Shown here piece by piece: positions 63,086 to 64,000 of a stretch of 64,000 nt of DNA. The notes under the pieces were generated by a model. That model saw only the letters and a program-made list of their open reading frames with translations. It searched no databases and was not told where the DNA came from. Source of the stretch: Trichoplax adhaerens (taxonomy: Eukaryota; Animalia; Placozoa); assembly GCF_000150275.1 (NCBI RefSeq), contig NW_002060945.1, forward strand, positions 8,138,011 to 8,202,010. Direction: 5' to 3'. The translations under genes were made by a program, and so were the position numbers. How positions within the stretch are numbered: the first letter of the stretch is position 1; every line of letters begins with the position of its first letter.

Positions 63086-63562
63086 TTATTGGAATAAAGA
63101 TGGCGATAGTTTTTCTTTGGATGCAGGGGGTTCACCCGAACAACATAAGTATTTCCCGTTATTCTCGAAATCAGTTAAGTTCTTCATGACTTTTTTCAAC
63201 TCTGGAGCCTTGTAAATTTTTTTGACAGGTCCAGTCGTCAATCGAACAGCATTGGTAGAAGCCTGTAACATTTGATCAAATGTACGAAATTTCTCTTTTT
63301 TCATAACAAGCTTTTCACCAGTGTGATGTTTATCACCATTTCGATATAAAATTACGCTAATAGGCTTGTCCATTTGAGTGCCAAATTTCTCTTTTCCAAG
63401 TGCACTGGCCACAACTGGTTTATCTGATTTGGAAACGTTACTTTTATTCACAGCAAAATCGCGCGATTGGCTGCTTGTACTGCCGGTATAATCCACCATA
63501 TTTTCCCTTCCAGCCTTTCCAAGGCCCTTCCCGGAATCATCGAAGCGATTTTTATGGCTTCC
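63086..63562 (-). CDS. Apicortin (partial p25alpha/TPPP motif + doublecortin DCX domain), terminal exon; first exon not located
   Basis: The frame extends upstream of the listed ORF to a TAG acceptor (63563-63565) with a TACTAAC branch point (63589-63595). It encodes GSHKNRFDDSGKGLGKAGRE (p25alpha GxGxGxxGR motif), the linker KPVVASALGKEKFGTQ, and the DCX domain LYRNGDKHHTG...GPVKKIY...GKYLCCSGEPP. Confidence 0.9.
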   Translation of the reverse strand, partial: GSHKNRFDDSGKGLGKAGRENMVDYTGSTSSQSRDFAVNKSNVSKSDKPVVASALGKEKFGTQMDKPISVILYRNGDKHHTGEKLVMKKEKFRTFDQMLQASTNAVRLTTGPVKKIYKAPELKKVMKNLTDFENNGKYLCCSGEPPASKEKLSPSLFQ

Positions 63563-64000
63563 CTATTGTATCAACGACAATAATAGTGGTTAGTACCAAT
63601 TTAATACAAGGACTCATTTCAAGCTAAAGTTAGAACATTATAGCAATGTATAACATCAAATTATTTACAACTATTTGGGCCTGATCATTGGTTTGCTAGC
63701 AAAATCGGTAGTAGTGGGGCGGATCACAAAATTATTGCATCTACGTACGCTAATCTCAGTTTATTAATGTAAGTACGGTAATCTGAAAGATGCGATACTA
63801 TAATTTTTAAATCTGTCCGTTGAATTTTTAGAGATAAAAAGAGGTAAAATCGTATTGATAAGTGCTCCATCGCTCAAGACGGCTAGTATCGTTGATTCCT
63901 CCATCCTGTTTACTGTAGAAAACATGCCAGGCCTTAAAAGAAAGCTTGCGGTAGGAAAAGTAATAACACAGTAAAATAAAATGATGTTCATCTTGAGCTA

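Overview
This is AT-rich, intron-dense eukaryotic genomic DNA with short GT-AG introns. It is most likely placozoan (Trichoplax-like), inferred from the compact gene structure and an apicortin gene in a metazoan gene context. In order, the window contains: (1) the 3' end of one astacin/LamG-type gene (1-617) and a complete 9-exon paralog (4751-9088) encoding signal peptide, long prodomain, astacin Zn-protease and LamG/pentraxin-like domain; (2) a cluster of five short-type ABCC (MRP4/ABCC4-like) transporter loci, comprising one internally deleted pseudogene (11333-14216) and four apparently intact ~24-exon genes (16348-24821 +, 27819-36552 +, 37881-48351 -, 51238-59942 +); (3) an apicortin (partial p25alpha + DCX) exon at 63086-63562 (-), whose p25alpha motif is missed by the ORF track. 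Non-coding structure includes a 639-bp solo LTR with a 5-bp target-site duplication (TSD), a ~205-bp-unit satellite between the two divergent ABCC genes, a ~525-bp tandem duplication with a (TACTG)n core, a MITE-like element, a ~530-bp gene-conversion tract between ABCC paralogs, and conserved 31-34-nt micro-exons. All exon boundaries and counts were read by eye and need spliced-alignment or RNA-seq confirmation.
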